64,000 nucleotides of DNA from Salisapilia sapeloensis CBS 127946 (taxonomy: Eukaryota > Protista > Oomycota): contig JAADVB010000087.1 in NCBI GenBank assembly GCA_023334545.1, positions 1 through 64,000 on the forward strand, in the 5' to 3' direction. Made by a program: the position numbers and the translations under genes. Shown here piece after piece: positions 46,001-56,564 of this stretch (positions are counted from its first letter, which is position 1; each line of letters starts with the position of its first letter). The notes under the pieces were generated by a model. That model did not search any database. It worked only from the letters and a program-made list of their open reading frames with translations, and was not told the DNA's origin.

Positions 46001-49000
46001 GGTTTGGAAGCTTCGTCGTCAAGTATAGCTGGAAGGCAGGGTCATAGTCGACGTCTGAATCTCCGAGACGAATCAAGAGACGACCGCTTTGCTTGTAAAT
46101 GGCTTTTTGAAGGACAGGTTCAAGTGAAGGTTCGAGAGACTCGTCAATGTCTTCAATGAGAAGCGCCTTGCCGTTTCGAATGCACGTTTCGAGAATGCGA
46201 AGTAAGTTCGGGTTCGTCATCTTCGTTACATCCAGCTTTTCACCACCGACCATCTTTTTAATCCACTTGTTCGCCTGGCCTTGCGGATCAATCATGAGTG
46301 GCCAGCGCTCTCCTCTCGTCACCAAAATGGCGTTATCTGTGGAAGTTGCGTCTGTCGGAAGACCGTTCAACTGCCAGTCTCGTGTTTCGACAGCGCTACC
46401 GAGCGTATTCGACAGAGAGTATCCAGCCGAGCACGGGATCTCTAGTCGCTGAACCTCAGACAGCCATGAGGAAACAATCCGGTCTCGAAATGAGCCAGTG
46501 AATGGACCATAGTACGAAATACAAGCAGAGGCTAGGAAAGTATCACCGATAAGATCTAAAATGGAGTTGGAGAGCGACGAAACGCTTTCTTTCCATCGTG
46601 CACCTTCGACAGATAGACCCGAAATGAGCTTCTCCGCACGTTCGAGTCGTTTTTCAGTCACACCAGCATCTTTCGCCAATCGATCCTTCTCATCTAGTGT
46701 TTCTTGACACTGTTTCTCCAACAGAGCTACCTTTTCGTTGACAACACGTAGCTCTTCTTGCTTTTCATGCAAGACAGCATTCGCGTCTGCGAGCTTCTTG
46801 TTCATCCGCTCCAGGTTCTCTCGCTTTGGACCAACTTCCTTTGCGACTTTCGAGTACACGTCCATGGCATGTACCCACATGCACAAGGAGGTAGCAGCCT
46901 TGGACACTTTCGAGACCACTTCAACAGCCATACCCGGGTTTTCTACGGATTTACTCAGCTTCTTTAGTGTCGCTGCTGGAATATTGTCTTTATCAAACGT
47001 CTTTAACTTGTCTAGGAACGCTACGTCGTTAAGTAGTTTCTTAGCTCCTTCCCACGTTTGTTTTTCGTTCAAGAGCAAGCAGACAGCACTCATGACTGTT
47101 TCCACAGCCTCTGGCGGCTTTGTAAAGGACTTTACTTCGGTAATATCGCTCTTGGATAAACTGTCGAGTGCCTTAATGGCATTGTTCAGGGCCGGCATCG
47201 CGACGTCCAAGTCTTTCTGAGCGTCTGCTTGGACGACAGACACTTCCTCTGCCTGTTTGGCAACTACTGCTTCGTCCTGAGAGACTCGAACTCGCACGAC
47301 GGCAGCAGCTTCTTGGTCTACCGAAACACGCTTGAGCAGGTCTTCCGCCTCGATCGCTTTCTGCTGCAAAATCGGCTGTAGCTGGATAAGCTCTGTCTTG
47401 AGCGAGTCGACAATGCTATTCGTATCCTCCAACTTACTGACGCCAACCTCCATCCGGCCCTTGATTGTATTTAAAGCGCCACGTTTTTCATGCAGCATCT
47501 TTACATACAGTCCGATAAGATCCAAATAGCTTTTTGGAGTAGTGTACACATGTCGTTGTAGCTGTGCGAGGAACTCGTCTCCAAATGCATTGGAACTAGT
47601 GTGGACGATAGAGCACATTTCTACAAGAGATGTACGCAAGTCTTCAGACGGGAGGGATACATTTGCTAGCAGTCGGTCAGCAACGGATTGTAGCGCTTCT
47701 TTCGGCCAATTGTGATACCAATCGATTGTACAACAATTGATCAAAGAGGGAAATGCACGACAGCGCACTCGAAGGGCAGAGCCAACTGGTGACATTGCCA
47801 GCACAATATGCAGATCGTTTCGTACGCGCTCTACAAACGTACTTAGACAATTGTCCCTCGTCTCCGGCAATCCCATCTCTTTGAGAACAGGTCTCATGTC
47901 TCCTACGATGCGATCTATTTCGTCTGGAGGAAACAGGTTCGGGACTTCACCACTGTTTAGGACATTGTTAATATCCTCTAGGAAACTCTCATCTACAATC
48001 TGACTATCGGTGAAGAGAAAGACCGTTGGATTGCCCTGGACGCCAGCGCTGATCATCATCCGCTTGAGATCTTCGTGGAACTCATTCGAGCCATATCCTC
48101 TCGTTATCTCTATCTGCATGCACTTACTATCGACGATGAAAGACGCTAGTCTCGTAAGAGACTGCTTTCCACTTCCACCGACACCAATAAGCATGGCATT
48201 ACCTCTCGGCTGACGGAGGATGCGTGTGAGGCGACAGACATGCGCGACGGCATCTCTAAAGAAGACTAGGTTCATCTTGTTGGCAAAGGTCACATTGTAG
48301 CTTTCTAGAAAGTCGTCGAGGATCTTTGTCAGCTTAAACGCATCACCACAATTCTCATACAGTGGCGTCGGTGCGCCCGGCTTCAAGAAATCAACAAAGC
48401 TGAGTGGACATGCCGAGTGGAACAACGTTTCTGGCGTCCAATTGCATGCAAATACACGCGAAAGCAAGGAGCAAACGAGGTCTTCGTACCATGTCTGGTC
48501 TTTCGTATCATTTAGACGGTCCTCAAACACGCGAGAAACTTCGTGCACCCAAAGTTTATTCATCGTGTCTGTATCAGGACATCTGCCTGGTGTGATCATC
48601 AGTATACCTTGGAAGACTTTCGACACATCACGCAGGTTAAAAGTGTAGTGGAACTTGTTGGGCGTTGGCAATAGCTCCAAAGTGACTCGGTTGTAGATTT
48701 CAATGACTGAGGAAATGATGGGATCTGTCATGGCGACGATTTTAGGTGGGAACTTTTGAAGGAAGCCGCCGAGAATGGATGAAAAGATGAGCTTCATCGA
48801 CGCCTCGCTCGAAGGCATCATGCTCATGACGTGGAAGTGGCGTACAAACCGAGGCGTGCAGTGGGACCGCCCTCCACCTGCAGGTGCCGCAGATGTCAGC
48901 AGCATAGTATCGGCAATGTCCTTCCAGAACAGCTTATCTCGATCATAGAACCCACCAAAGTCAAGGAACTGTCGCAGCAGCTCAATTGGAGCTTGTGCAC

Positions 49001-52000
49001 CGTACTCTTCCACCGTTGGCAAATTCACATCGTCCACATATATAATCATGCGCTTCCCTGCAACAGGACCAAGCAAGTTCTTCCTCTTCTTTTCCAATTT
49101 GTTTTCGATGGTAGTCTGGGTCACGAGAGACGACGTCTGCGCGGAAAAGTTGAGCACCATGGTCATGAATTTGGATATAGCCCCAGCATTCGCTGCACCT
49201 CCTTCCTCTCCACCTTCACTCGTTTCAGCTACACCACCGCCCTGTAGCTCTAGCAACAAGTCTTGGATCGTGACGGTCTTCCCGGTCCCTGTGACACCTG
49301 TAAGGTACGCTGGACGCTTTGCAGCGACCAGTGCACGCAGCACATATGTAAAGCGCACAGTGTCGGGTGTTGCAACTGTCATCTTAAAGTACGGAACATC
49401 CGGTCTGTACTGGAACTTTGGCACGATCTCCTGCCACGGTTGGAATCGAGAGTTGTCGAGATCGACGTAGTAGTCAAAGACAAAGCCAGAGTTTGGTAAG
49501 TTTAGCTTCGATTCAGCAAAGAGTTCTCGAATAAAGGCATCGAACAATTCGTGCGTGTCGGATGTCATGGACGCTCCAATGGACCAGAAGAGCGAAAAGG
49601 CGAATACTTTATCTAGGACCTCGAGCATCTCCTGCAGCTGATACCGAGTATACGGTGCAGGTGATGGCTCCTTACCCGACTCGTTGCTCTCTTGTGCCTG
49701 GGTGAAGAGTGCAGCGAACAAACGGCAGAGGCTCGTGACCAAGTTTATATCGACTGTCGGCACGAATTCATGACACTTGCGACGGACAAAGGTCAGACAC
49801 TTGTCAACGTACGTTTGGATGTTATGCATGATACGTGCTTTTCCTTCCGCAGGGAACTCGGACGGAATCTCCTGTTCGATCCATGTCTGGACAAAAGGCA
49901 TCCAGCCGAGGTCTGTGCCTGTCATATACACAACACCGATGCGACTGACCGTTGCGGGGGAAGCGACGGCGAGGTCCATCACTTCGAATAGCATTTTCAT
50001 CTCCGTCTTTAGCTTTATACGCTCGCCATTCGCAAGACACAGAGTCATGTTGTCGTCCAACACTGTATTCATGTTTTCAATCCAAAGCGCGTCAATCGGT
50101 CCGTCGAACACTGTCCACTTCACATCCGAGGTCTCGTCTGCCACTGCTTCCCGCATGATTGTCGACGCGAGGCCATCGTGCCATTCTTGCGTCGCTTCAT
50201 TAAACTCTCCGTACAGTTCACCCATTGTAATGCACTTGGGGTTCAGCACCGTAGCATGTACGGTCTGGTACACTGGGTTGGATGACCCTTGCTCTCTCAG
50301 CGTCGTCATGGTGCTTTGGAGTATACGATAGCAAGTCGTTTTGCCTGCACCTGTCGGACCGACAAGCGTGCCTCCGAAGCGTACGTTGAAGATATCAAAG
50401 AGCTGAATGACTTTTGTGATAAACGTCGGTACCGTTTGCAATCCTTTCTTTAAAATCTCACCTTCTAGGGCCGTCTGCAGCTCTCCATAGTCGTTTGGAG
50501 GAATGATCGTTCCGGGAAACAAGTCCAAGACTATTGCGTGGAAGAGCGGAAGGTCGTCTGCAAGAAACTTGGGGATGTTACTGTCGCGAAGAGCGCGAAT
50601 GAGCGTCACGTCCTCGTTCAAGTCAGGGTTTGCACGCTTGAGTGTTCCCGCCATCACGAGCACAGACTTGACGGCACGGAGTCCGTAGTCGTAATGCGGC
50701 TGCTGAGATAACTGTTCGCTGCACAAGATGTAAAGCTTACACATTTTGCGTGAGAGTGTGCGTGCATCCGAAAACCCTTCTGCAAAGAGCATGATCTCAG
50801 CAATGAGAGCATAGTCCGGAACCATCATTGACACTGGGCGAAAGCACACTTTTAAATTATCTGGCAGTTCCGTACGACCAGCGTAGCCAGGGTTCATCGT
50901 GACGATCACGTGATGGTCTTTCAAGGTGATCTCCACGCCCATAAAGTTCAAATGCTCTTTTCCCTGCACACGTCCTTCGCGTAGGATCAAGAGTTGCTGT
51001 GCGACAACCGACAGCACTTCAATATCAATACGATTGAACTCATCGAGGCATGTCCAGTTCCCAGCTTGTGCGAGTCCACGAAACAGCTTTCCCATCATTT
51101 TGTAATCGATCTGATCACTACAGTTGAATACGACGCACTGGATCGCCATGGCTTTCGCCAGATCCTTACTACTCTCTGTTTTGCCTGTACCTGCTGGACC
51201 AGCAGGAGCAGCTCCGAGTTTTAGACCGTACGCTCCCGTCAGCGTCATCCAGCAGCGATCTGTTAACGGCGTGATGACTAGACGAGACGTTGCGCCCATG
51301 TACTCGTAACCATAGTCGATCACCGAGTCCGAGTGCCGGATTAACACATCGTCCACTTGGGGATCCCAGTAGTATCTCAGCTGCTGCTGCCATATAAAGT
51401 TACCTACGTTATCTACTTGCTCTTTCCAAAGACACTCAACGATATCTCTCGCATGCACATCGGTCGTCACGAGCGCCACGATGACTTTGCGTTCCAGAGA
51501 AGTCAAATCGCCACGGATCTTGACAATCAATTCATTCAGTTCGTACACGACTCGTTCGTACCATACTTTCATCGCTGCCACAGGATCTGCATCACGCAAT
51601 GCTTCCTCCGTACTACGAGCCCACGTCATCTGCGCAACCGTTGCAACAACTTGGCCGGGGTGATCACAAACCCATTCCGCCCTGGCTTTCGTGTCATAGT
51701 CCAGCAATCCAGCCTTCATCAGTTTGTACAGAGAGGCTTTCATGCTGCCTTCAAGCGCACGGAGCCAGTCTTCTACATTGCCTCTAGCCTTGAGGTTCTT
51801 CCCCAGTGGCACAACCTCGTTCTCGGATGAGATCATGGCCAGCATGTCGATGCTTCCAGGCACATCTCCAAAGTCAAGTCGAACGAGATTCTCAAAACAC
51901 TTGCGCAGATGGGGCTGCACAGCCTGAGGATTCTTTGCCTGGGCTAAGATCTCAAGCAACTCGTCATTCGATAGAAAGTAAAAGCGGGGAAACGCCATGC

Positions 52001-55000
52001 GCTTCGTCTCGAGGTAGTCTTCCAAGTTCTTCTGGATCTTGTCCAAGTGTGCATTATGCTGCTGAAGAGTTTCTTTGATACCTGGATACGTCCCAGCCGT
52101 AAGTACATGCGGATTCTCATTTGTGCGACGCATGATGCTCTTCCATGATGTGTCGACGTGACTAAAGATCTTGGATGCGTCAGGCAGTTGCCGCTGGATG
52201 TCAGGCGCAGAGAAGATGTTTTCTAGATACATCCAGTTCTTCTGCACCAGTAGCCACTCTTCAATCGTCTCTTGGAGTGTCACCAGCTTCTTCCGCCAGC
52301 TCTCCACTTCTTCCTGGATCGCACCAACGAAGCGAGAGCCCATGATCGTGCTGATGGTAACGATACTGTCGTCCAGTTTCGCTGTAACTTCCTCCACACT
52401 GCCCAAGGCGAACACGTCCTTGGACTCTTTATACGGTTTCACCTCAAACTCAGTATGCACCCACGCGTCCCTCACCTTCTGAAGCATTTCTTCCAGCACT
52501 GCTTCCTGCTGTGCCGCGACTGAGATCGAGCTAATCGTTTCTCCATGCTGCATCACATCTCGCTCAATGAGCTGTCCAAGAGTCAAGGATGACTCCTTCT
52601 GGATGTCAAAACCCAAGGTTTCTCGAATCAGGTCCCAATGACGAGACTTGAGCGCCGGCGAGCGAAGGTCACTCACAACAGGCAGCACGAGCTTGAATTT
52701 GTCCACTTCACGCTGCAATAGCTCTGCCACTTCGTTCCCAGTGAACGCCTTTTGCGCCTGGTATGCGACTTTCACATAGGACTGCACTTGCTTCGTGATG
52801 GCTGCCACGTCAATGTTGTCAAAGATAGTGTCCGAGTACTTGGCCGTGATGTCCTGCCAATCACGCAGTCCACTCCAGAGTTTCATCTTCAAGTCGAAAT
52901 GCTGTGCGACGTCTTGTAGCTCTGGAAATTCGCTCACAGGCTGCTGCAGTTCAGCTTGATACTTTGCCAAACGATTGGAGTCTGCCGTCAGCCCATTCAA
53001 AGTGTTTTGCTGCAGCTCTAGGTACGACAGGACCTCTGGTAGTGGCGTTTTGATTGTATCGAGCTTCGGGTGCTCCAGTTTCTCTCGCAACGTCTCGACA
53101 TTCCGATTTAGAGGCTCGATAGCATCTAGGATCATCTGCGAAAAACGAGCGGTGTCCGTGTCGACTTCTCCATCGAACTTTGTCGCTTGGCCTTCGAGAC
53201 TCAAGACTCCTTCCTTCATGAGGACAATGTCTTCCTTGATATCGTCCGGGACGCGCCACTCGTGCGTGTCCATGAGCACAGCCATTTGGTACACGCGTCG
53301 ATAGCTACCCTTCATGTCCGGCAAAAGCGTGTTCACATTACCCATGTGCACCACCTTTTCTACAAACGCGTCTGGTGTAGACGGATTGGAGAAAGCGATG
53401 GGGGATAGCTTTGTAATCTGTTCCAGCAATGACGAACTCGTTTGCTTCATCAGCTGAGGAACGAGCGTCCGGATACCAGCAATGCACTTGTCTGGATTCG
53501 GCAACAAGTGTCCTTTAAACCCAGTGCTGTCTACTTTGAAGATGCCGATAACAGCCGCGTCCGGAATATCCGTGAACGACTGTCCTTGCGCTCGGTACTT
53601 TTCAATCGATTCCGCAAAGAACTCGACTGGCGCGTCTTCGTACGTCTCCACAAGGGTTTGTAGCTGTCCTTTATTCTCGTTAAAGGTCTGATGGTACGGA
53701 GAAAATACGTCTAAGTACTCTTCTACACTTTCAAACGCTTCGTCCAAAGCAACGAAAATGTCGTTTGTGAGTGTACTGAACGCAGCGTCTTCATTTAAAA
53801 TGAGCGCGACGTTTAGCTGCTCGACACTCCACCCCGTCTTACCTTCATCCTCTGCACTGGCACTAGTGTACGGAGTCAGAGCTTCGTGTCCTAGATACCT
53901 GACTGGAGTCTCGACAAGTCGCAAGGCTTCTTTCAACGATTGCTGGAGCGCTGCGTTCCAGGAATCGTGAGGTGGGAGGGCATTTGTAGATGTAGATTTA
54001 GCGTCCATCTCCACGGTGACGTAAAAGATGGCAGTGGATGGTGGCGGAGGTGCTTTTTTCCCCTTTGCTACCTTCTTCGCAGCAGCATTTTCGCCCTGTT
54101 GCTCTGCACTTTCACTTCCAATTCGTTTTGGAGCCGTCAAGGCTTCGTATAACTTTTGAAAGGAGCGTAGTGTCAACTGGATCGTGGCATCGATTGTCAA
54201 AAAGTCAGCCAGACGTAGGAAATTCGTGAGTTTGCTGCATTCTTTACGCAAGGCTGCTCGCTCCATAAACGTCATCTTATGATCTGCAGAAATCTTGTTC
54301 GTAGCAAGGAATGTATCCACGACGTTATCACAAGCAGAGATGCATAGTCGCAAGGCTTCATCTGAAAACGATTTTAGTAGCTGTGATACTTTCTCTCGCG
54401 TTTCTTCTTGCGCTTTGTCGAATTCAGGCAACGTGTACACTTTATTCGGTTCGAAAGAGACGAGCTCGAGTTTCGAAATGTCGAGACACATTGCCCGTAG
54501 TTGCAGAAGTGTCGGCTGAAGACTTGGAGCTAGTAAGAAGAGGCGCTCTTTTAGACGTTTTTTAGCGTGACGCATCTTGTTCAATCGAACCGATTGTTTC
54601 CACACAGTATAGTTCTTCCAGAGCTTGTATTTTTGGAAAAATGGTATCGTTAGAAGCTGTGTGAAGCGCATATACTCTGTTTCCCATCGGTCGAGCGACC
54701 AGAACTCGGATCCTTCAGACGTGAAATGCGTGATGCCTTCTCGACTCATCGTAAAGTAGTTCTGTGAATCGACTTGATAATGATCCACGACTTCAAGAGC
54801 GTACATGGCCAGATCTGTATTCCGTCGCTTACGAAGGTAGAGAAAGTTTCCTTGCTGAAACTCACGGAGGTATCGAGCATCTAGATTCAAGGAAGCGGTG
54901 AAGGAAACGTCAGGAGTACAACCTGGTCGATCCGAAGAATCTCTCGTCGGAAGGTTAGAAGCGCTTCCTTGGTTGACGTTCGAACATTCGACAGCTTCAA

Positions 55001-55292
55001 CTGGTCTGTGCTCGTCCTTGTTGTCGACAGGTTTCTTCGACTTGGACAAGAGGCTTTGGACACCGTTCGAGACCTGCTGCAGTGACGGATGCAGTTCTCC
55101 AGACGTGCTGCTCTTTGGAGCTCGACGAGGCATCCGTGCTCGCAATGGAGTATTTGCGCCGCTATGTTTTAAAGGTGAAGAGGATCCATTCGCATGACGC
55201 TGCGGTTCATACAGTCGATTGATAAGTTGGTTTTCAGCCGGCGGTTCCAGCATGTGCGGACGGCGTTTTTCGCCATCATGCTTGTCCGACAT
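43035..55292 (-). CDS. DNAH6: Axonemal inner-arm dynein heavy chain, DNAH6-like (4085 aa, intronless)
   Basis: P-loops GPAGTGKT, GPTGAGKT, GVTGTGKT and GVGGSGKQ; CLDEFNR, ELPDNLK, stalk and C-terminal CPVYKT. The N-terminal YFTMSREGITHF...FFQKYKLWKNY segment resembles the DNAH6 subgroup. Dynein call certain; subgroup less so. Confidence 0.9.
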   Translation of the reverse strand: MSDKHDGEKRRPHMLEPPAENQLINRLYEPQRHANGSSSPLKHSGANTPLRARMPRRAPKSSTSGELHPSLQQVSNGVQSLLSKSKKPVDNKDEHRPVEAVECSNVNQGSASNLPTRDSSDRPGCTPDVSFTASLNLDARYLREFQQGNFLYLRKRRNTDLAMYALEVVDHYQVDSQNYFTMSREGITHFTSEGSEFWSLDRWETEYMRFTQLLTIPFFQKYKLWKNYTVWKQSVRLNKMRHAKKRLKERLFLLAPSLQPTLLQLRAMCLDISKLELVSFEPNKVYTLPEFDKAQEETREKVSQLLKSFSDEALRLCISACDNVVDTFLATNKISADHKMTFMERAALRKECSKLTNFLRLADFLTIDATIQLTLRSFQKLYEALTAPKRIGSESAEQQGENAAAKKVAKGKKAPPPPSTAIFYVTVEMDAKSTSTNALPPHDSWNAALQQSLKEALRLVETPVRYLGHEALTPYTSASAEDEGKTGWSVEQLNVALILNEDAAFSTLTNDIFVALDEAFESVEEYLDVFSPYHQTFNENKGQLQTLVETYEDAPVEFFAESIEKYRAQGQSFTDIPDAAVIGIFKVDSTGFKGHLLPNPDKCIAGIRTLVPQLMKQTSSSLLEQITKLSPIAFSNPSTPDAFVEKVVHMGNVNTLLPDMKGSYRRVYQMAVLMDTHEWRVPDDIKEDIVLMKEGVLSLEGQATKFDGEVDTDTARFSQMILDAIEPLNRNVETLREKLEHPKLDTIKTPLPEVLSYLELQQNTLNGLTADSNRLAKYQAELQQPVSEFPELQDVAQHFDLKMKLWSGLRDWQDITAKYSDTIFDNIDVAAITKQVQSYVKVAYQAQKAFTGNEVAELLQREVDKFKLVLPVVSDLRSPALKSRHWDLIRETLGFDIQKESSLTLGQLIERDVMQHGETISSISVAAQQEAVLEEMLQKVRDAWVHTEFEVKPYKESKDVFALGSVEEVTAKLDDSIVTISTIMGSRFVGAIQEEVESWRKKLVTLQETIEEWLLVQKNWMYLENIFSAPDIQRQLPDASKIFSHVDTSWKSIMRRTNENPHVLTAGTYPGIKETLQQHNAHLDKIQKNLEDYLETKRMAFPRFYFLSNDELLEILAQAKNPQAVQPHLRKCFENLVRLDFGDVPGSIDMLAMISSENEVVPLGKNLKARGNVEDWLRALEGSMKASLYKLMKAGLLDYDTKARAEWVCDHPGQVVATVAQMTWARSTEEALRDADPVAAMKVWYERVVYELNELIVKIRGDLTSLERKVIVALVTTDVHARDIVECLWKEQVDNVGNFIWQQQLRYYWDPQVDDVLIRHSDSVIDYGYEYMGATSRLVITPLTDRCWMTLTGAYGLKLGAAPAGPAGTGKTESSKDLAKAMAIQCVVFNCSDQIDYKMMGKLFRGLAQAGNWTCLDEFNRIDIEVLSVVAQQLLILREGRVQGKEHLNFMGVEITLKDHHVIVTMNPGYAGRTELPDNLKVCFRPVSMMVPDYALIAEIMLFAEGFSDARTLSRKMCKLYILCSEQLSQQPHYDYGLRAVKSVLVMAGTLKRANPDLNEDVTLIRALRDSNIPKFLADDLPLFHAIVLDLFPGTIIPPNDYGELQTALEGEILKKGLQTVPTFITKVIQLFDIFNVRFGGTLVGPTGAGKTTCYRILQSTMTTLREQGSSNPVYQTVHATVLNPKCITMGELYGEFNEATQEWHDGLASTIMREAVADETSDVKWTVFDGPIDALWIENMNTVLDDNMTLCLANGERIKLKTEMKMLFEVMDLAVASPATVSRIGVVYMTGTDLGWMPFVQTWIEQEIPSEFPAEGKARIMHNIQTYVDKCLTFVRRKCHEFVPTVDINLVTSLCRLFAALFTQAQESNESGKEPSPAPYTRYQLQEMLEVLDKVFAFSLFWSIGASMTSDTHELFDAFIRELFAESKLNLPNSGFVFDYYVDLDNSRFQPWQEIVPKFQYRPDVPYFKMTVATPDTVRFTYVLRALVAAKRPAYLTGVTGTGKTVTIQDLLLELQGGGVAETSEGGEEGGAANAGAISKFMTMVLNFSAQTSSLVTQTTIENKLEKKRKNLLGPVAGKRMIIYVDDVNLPTVEEYGAQAPIELLRQFLDFGGFYDRDKLFWKDIADTMLLTSAAPAGGGRSHCTPRFVRHFHVMSMMPSSEASMKLIFSSILGGFLQKFPPKIVAMTDPIISSVIEIYNRVTLELLPTPNKFHYTFNLRDVSKVFQGILMITPGRCPDTDTMNKLWVHEVSRVFEDRLNDTKDQTWYEDLVCSLLSRVFACNWTPETLFHSACPLSFVDFLKPGAPTPLYENCGDAFKLTKILDDFLESYNVTFANKMNLVFFRDAVAHVCRLTRILRQPRGNAMLIGVGGSGKQSLTRLASFIVDSKCMQIEITRGYGSNEFHEDLKRMMISAGVQGNPTVFLFTDSQIVDESFLEDINNVLNSGEVPNLFPPDEIDRIVGDMRPVLKEMGLPETRDNCLSTFVERVRNDLHIVLAMSPVGSALRVRCRAFPSLINCCTIDWYHNWPKEALQSVADRLLANVSLPSEDLRTSLVEMCSIVHTSSNAFGDEFLAQLQRHVYTTPKSYLDLIGLYVKMLHEKRGALNTIKGRMEVGVSKLEDTNSIVDSLKTELIQLQPILQQKAIEAEDLLKRVSVDQEAAAVVRVRVSQDEAVVAKQAEEVSVVQADAQKDLDVAMPALNNAIKALDSLSKSDITEVKSFTKPPEAVETVMSAVCLLLNEKQTWEGAKKLLNDVAFLDKLKTFDKDNIPAATLKKLSKSVENPGMAVEVVSKVSKAATSLCMWVHAMDVYSKVAKEVGPKRENLERMNKKLADANAVLHEKQEELRVVNEKVALLEKQCQETLDEKDRLAKDAGVTEKRLERAEKLISGLSVEGARWKESVSSLSNSILDLIGDTFLASACISYYGPFTGSFRDRIVSSWLSEVQRLEIPCSAGYSLSNTLGSAVETRDWQLNGLPTDATSTDNAILVTRGERWPLMIDPQGQANKWIKKMVGGEKLDVTKMTNPNLLRILETCIRNGKALLIEDIDESLEPSLEPVLQKAIYKQSGRLLIRLGDSDVDYDPAFQLYLTTKLPNPHYLPEVYIKVTVINFTVTMDGLENQLLGDAVKHERPDIEEKKNRLVVTMAQDKKQLQDIEDRILKQLSESSGNVLDDQDLIDTLQSSNATSKVIKERVVESEATEIEINKAREAYRGVATRGSIIYFVVADLALIDPMYQYSLPYFQRLFNICFDEAPPSNDLPVRLQNLIDFQTRYIYVNICRGLFEVHKVLFSMLICCKILMHSGRISPREWSLYLRGAPPSTEHAADRPTNPAPDRLSELQWDLVNELESVVTSRTILSGNESEATASDDALYEDHYAFSGLAASLSLKWSAWSEWLKRPDLLTAPSPEEYTTILTSFQLLLLLKALAEEKVPAAIVHLISTEMGDEFGRLAPTTMDEIYADIDRKTPCIFVLSAGADPTGMLLRFAKEMQFNDRLHLISLGQGQGPRAEQLINSSKKVGDWVLLQNCHLAKSWMPKLEKIVEDLAQCSEEDCDNSFRLYLTSFPAAYFPVTVLQNGVKLTNEPPKGIRANLVRSFTTLVSDDTYEGFSELGSFDDGLTKSKGWKTLLCSLTFFHAIVQERRKFGALGWNIKYEFNDTDLETSIASLKKFLEEQPLVPWDALQYVTGQINYGGRVTDDWDRRCLMSLLENFYTPDVLDPDYKFSESGLYRVPQVESYSGMLEYLQQLPAFDNPELFGMHDNANVTYERNESAYMTKIILGLEPRDGGGGDSSAISSDQRVMDIATNLLENLPENLDPELAGPTTFKTREVAGTVVMDSLATVLSQELVKFNTLLDRMRRSLGDIQRAINGLIVMSSDLDNMYTAFLNGKVPQLWAAVSFASLKPLGSWTKDLLDRVVFFRNWLLNGEPVVFDLSVFFFPQGFMTGTLQNFARKYQTAIDSLAFVFNVCQVDSAEELTESPNDGVYIDGLWLQGARWDRNQFVLQDARHGEMFSPMAIVHFLPATNVQRNKADYACPVYKTSVRQGTLSTTGISTNFVIAVYLPTRKKPDYWIMNGTAFLLNLDT

Positions 55293-55662
55293 GCCGATGG
55301 GCAGGGACGAAAGCGTTAAGAAAGAACTTTGGATCTATTCTTGCAGCATGCCGGATGAAACGACCGACCAGGAAAACCGAAAGAAGATCATCATAGCAGT
55401 AATCTATACAACTCCAGTGGATATGGAGGATCTATTTGCAATCATATTCGATGCAGATGCATGCATCGAGCCTCTAGTAGAGCAGCAGGCGATGCATCAA
55501 TCCTTGCTTGGACCTTCACTCTGCAATGTGAGTTGTCTGTGGAGCCCTTCACTCACGATTGGATATCTTCTACCGGACAACAACTAATTTTGACACGAAA
55601 AGCTCATTTTGGAATTTGGATTCTTCCAAGGACATTCCGACCTAGACTTTGATATATTGACG

Positions 55663-56480
55663 ATGCTTGCTGGAATTGCAGATCTCCTGGCTACAAGACG
55701 CATTATTCTTGCATCTCAGGTGCATTGGAGACCGAAGATTTTATGCTTTAATCAAATTTTATGCTTAGCTTCAGTACGTGAATAGAGCCCTCGTCGACGA
55801 GAATTGCTGAGTGACTGTGTACGTATTGCTCTATATGACGAGAAATACACAAATGCTTAGGAATGTGTCGTATGTAGAATCTGGTGTTTGATGTCCTTCC
55901 GTCCAAGTTTGAGGAAAATCTTTCCAAGGACCAGTTTGCGTCGCCTGTAAGAATCATTCCATTCTCCTGATTCCATAGACCTGTAATTAAACCTCATGGT
56001 CCACAGGATGAGTATGTCATTGCGACAGCAAAAGGAAAAGCGTTAGATGTTTTCCATGCATCCGATGCTACGGAGAAACCGACTATTGTAGTGGCCTGTG
56101 ACACTGTCGTCGTGAACGACAACAAGATTATGGAAAAGCCCGAGGATGAAGAAGACGCCTTCCAGACAATACTTGGTCTGTCAAACAAGACACACGAAGT
56201 GTACTCTGGTGTGGTCATCATGTCCACAACCATGGGTCCAAACGACCCTCATGTCTTCTTTGAAAAAACGATCGTCACTTTTGGCGACCTCCATCCATCG
56301 GACATCAAGGCATACATCGCGACGGGTGAGCCGATGGACAAGGCTGGGTCGTATGGACTGCAAGGCAAAGCCCGTTGCTTTGCCTCCAGTGTCCATGGTT
56401 GCCACAACAACATCGTCGGCTTCCCATTACAGCGATTTTGCACGGAGATGAGAAAACTAGCCGAACAGAAGCAGCTATAA
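55663..56480 (+). CDS. Maf/YhdE-family nucleoside triphosphate pyrophosphatase (4 exons)
   Basis: Spliced RRIILASQ/SPRRRELL, SKFEENL, AKGKALDV, ACDTVV, IMEKP, GEPMDKAGSYGLQG, NIVGFPL. Confidence 0.88.
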
Positions 56481-56564
56481 AGCATTTTGTTAAACCAGGG
56501 GACAGACAGCTAGCGAGATGAAAGAAATGGAACGACGTCTGTACTTGAGGTTTATGACTCCACT

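Noticed and set aside
55219-55587. 122-aa plus-strand ORF between the dynein and Maf genes
   Set aside because: It overlaps the dynein 5' end, has no recognisable motif and lies in a divergent promoter region.
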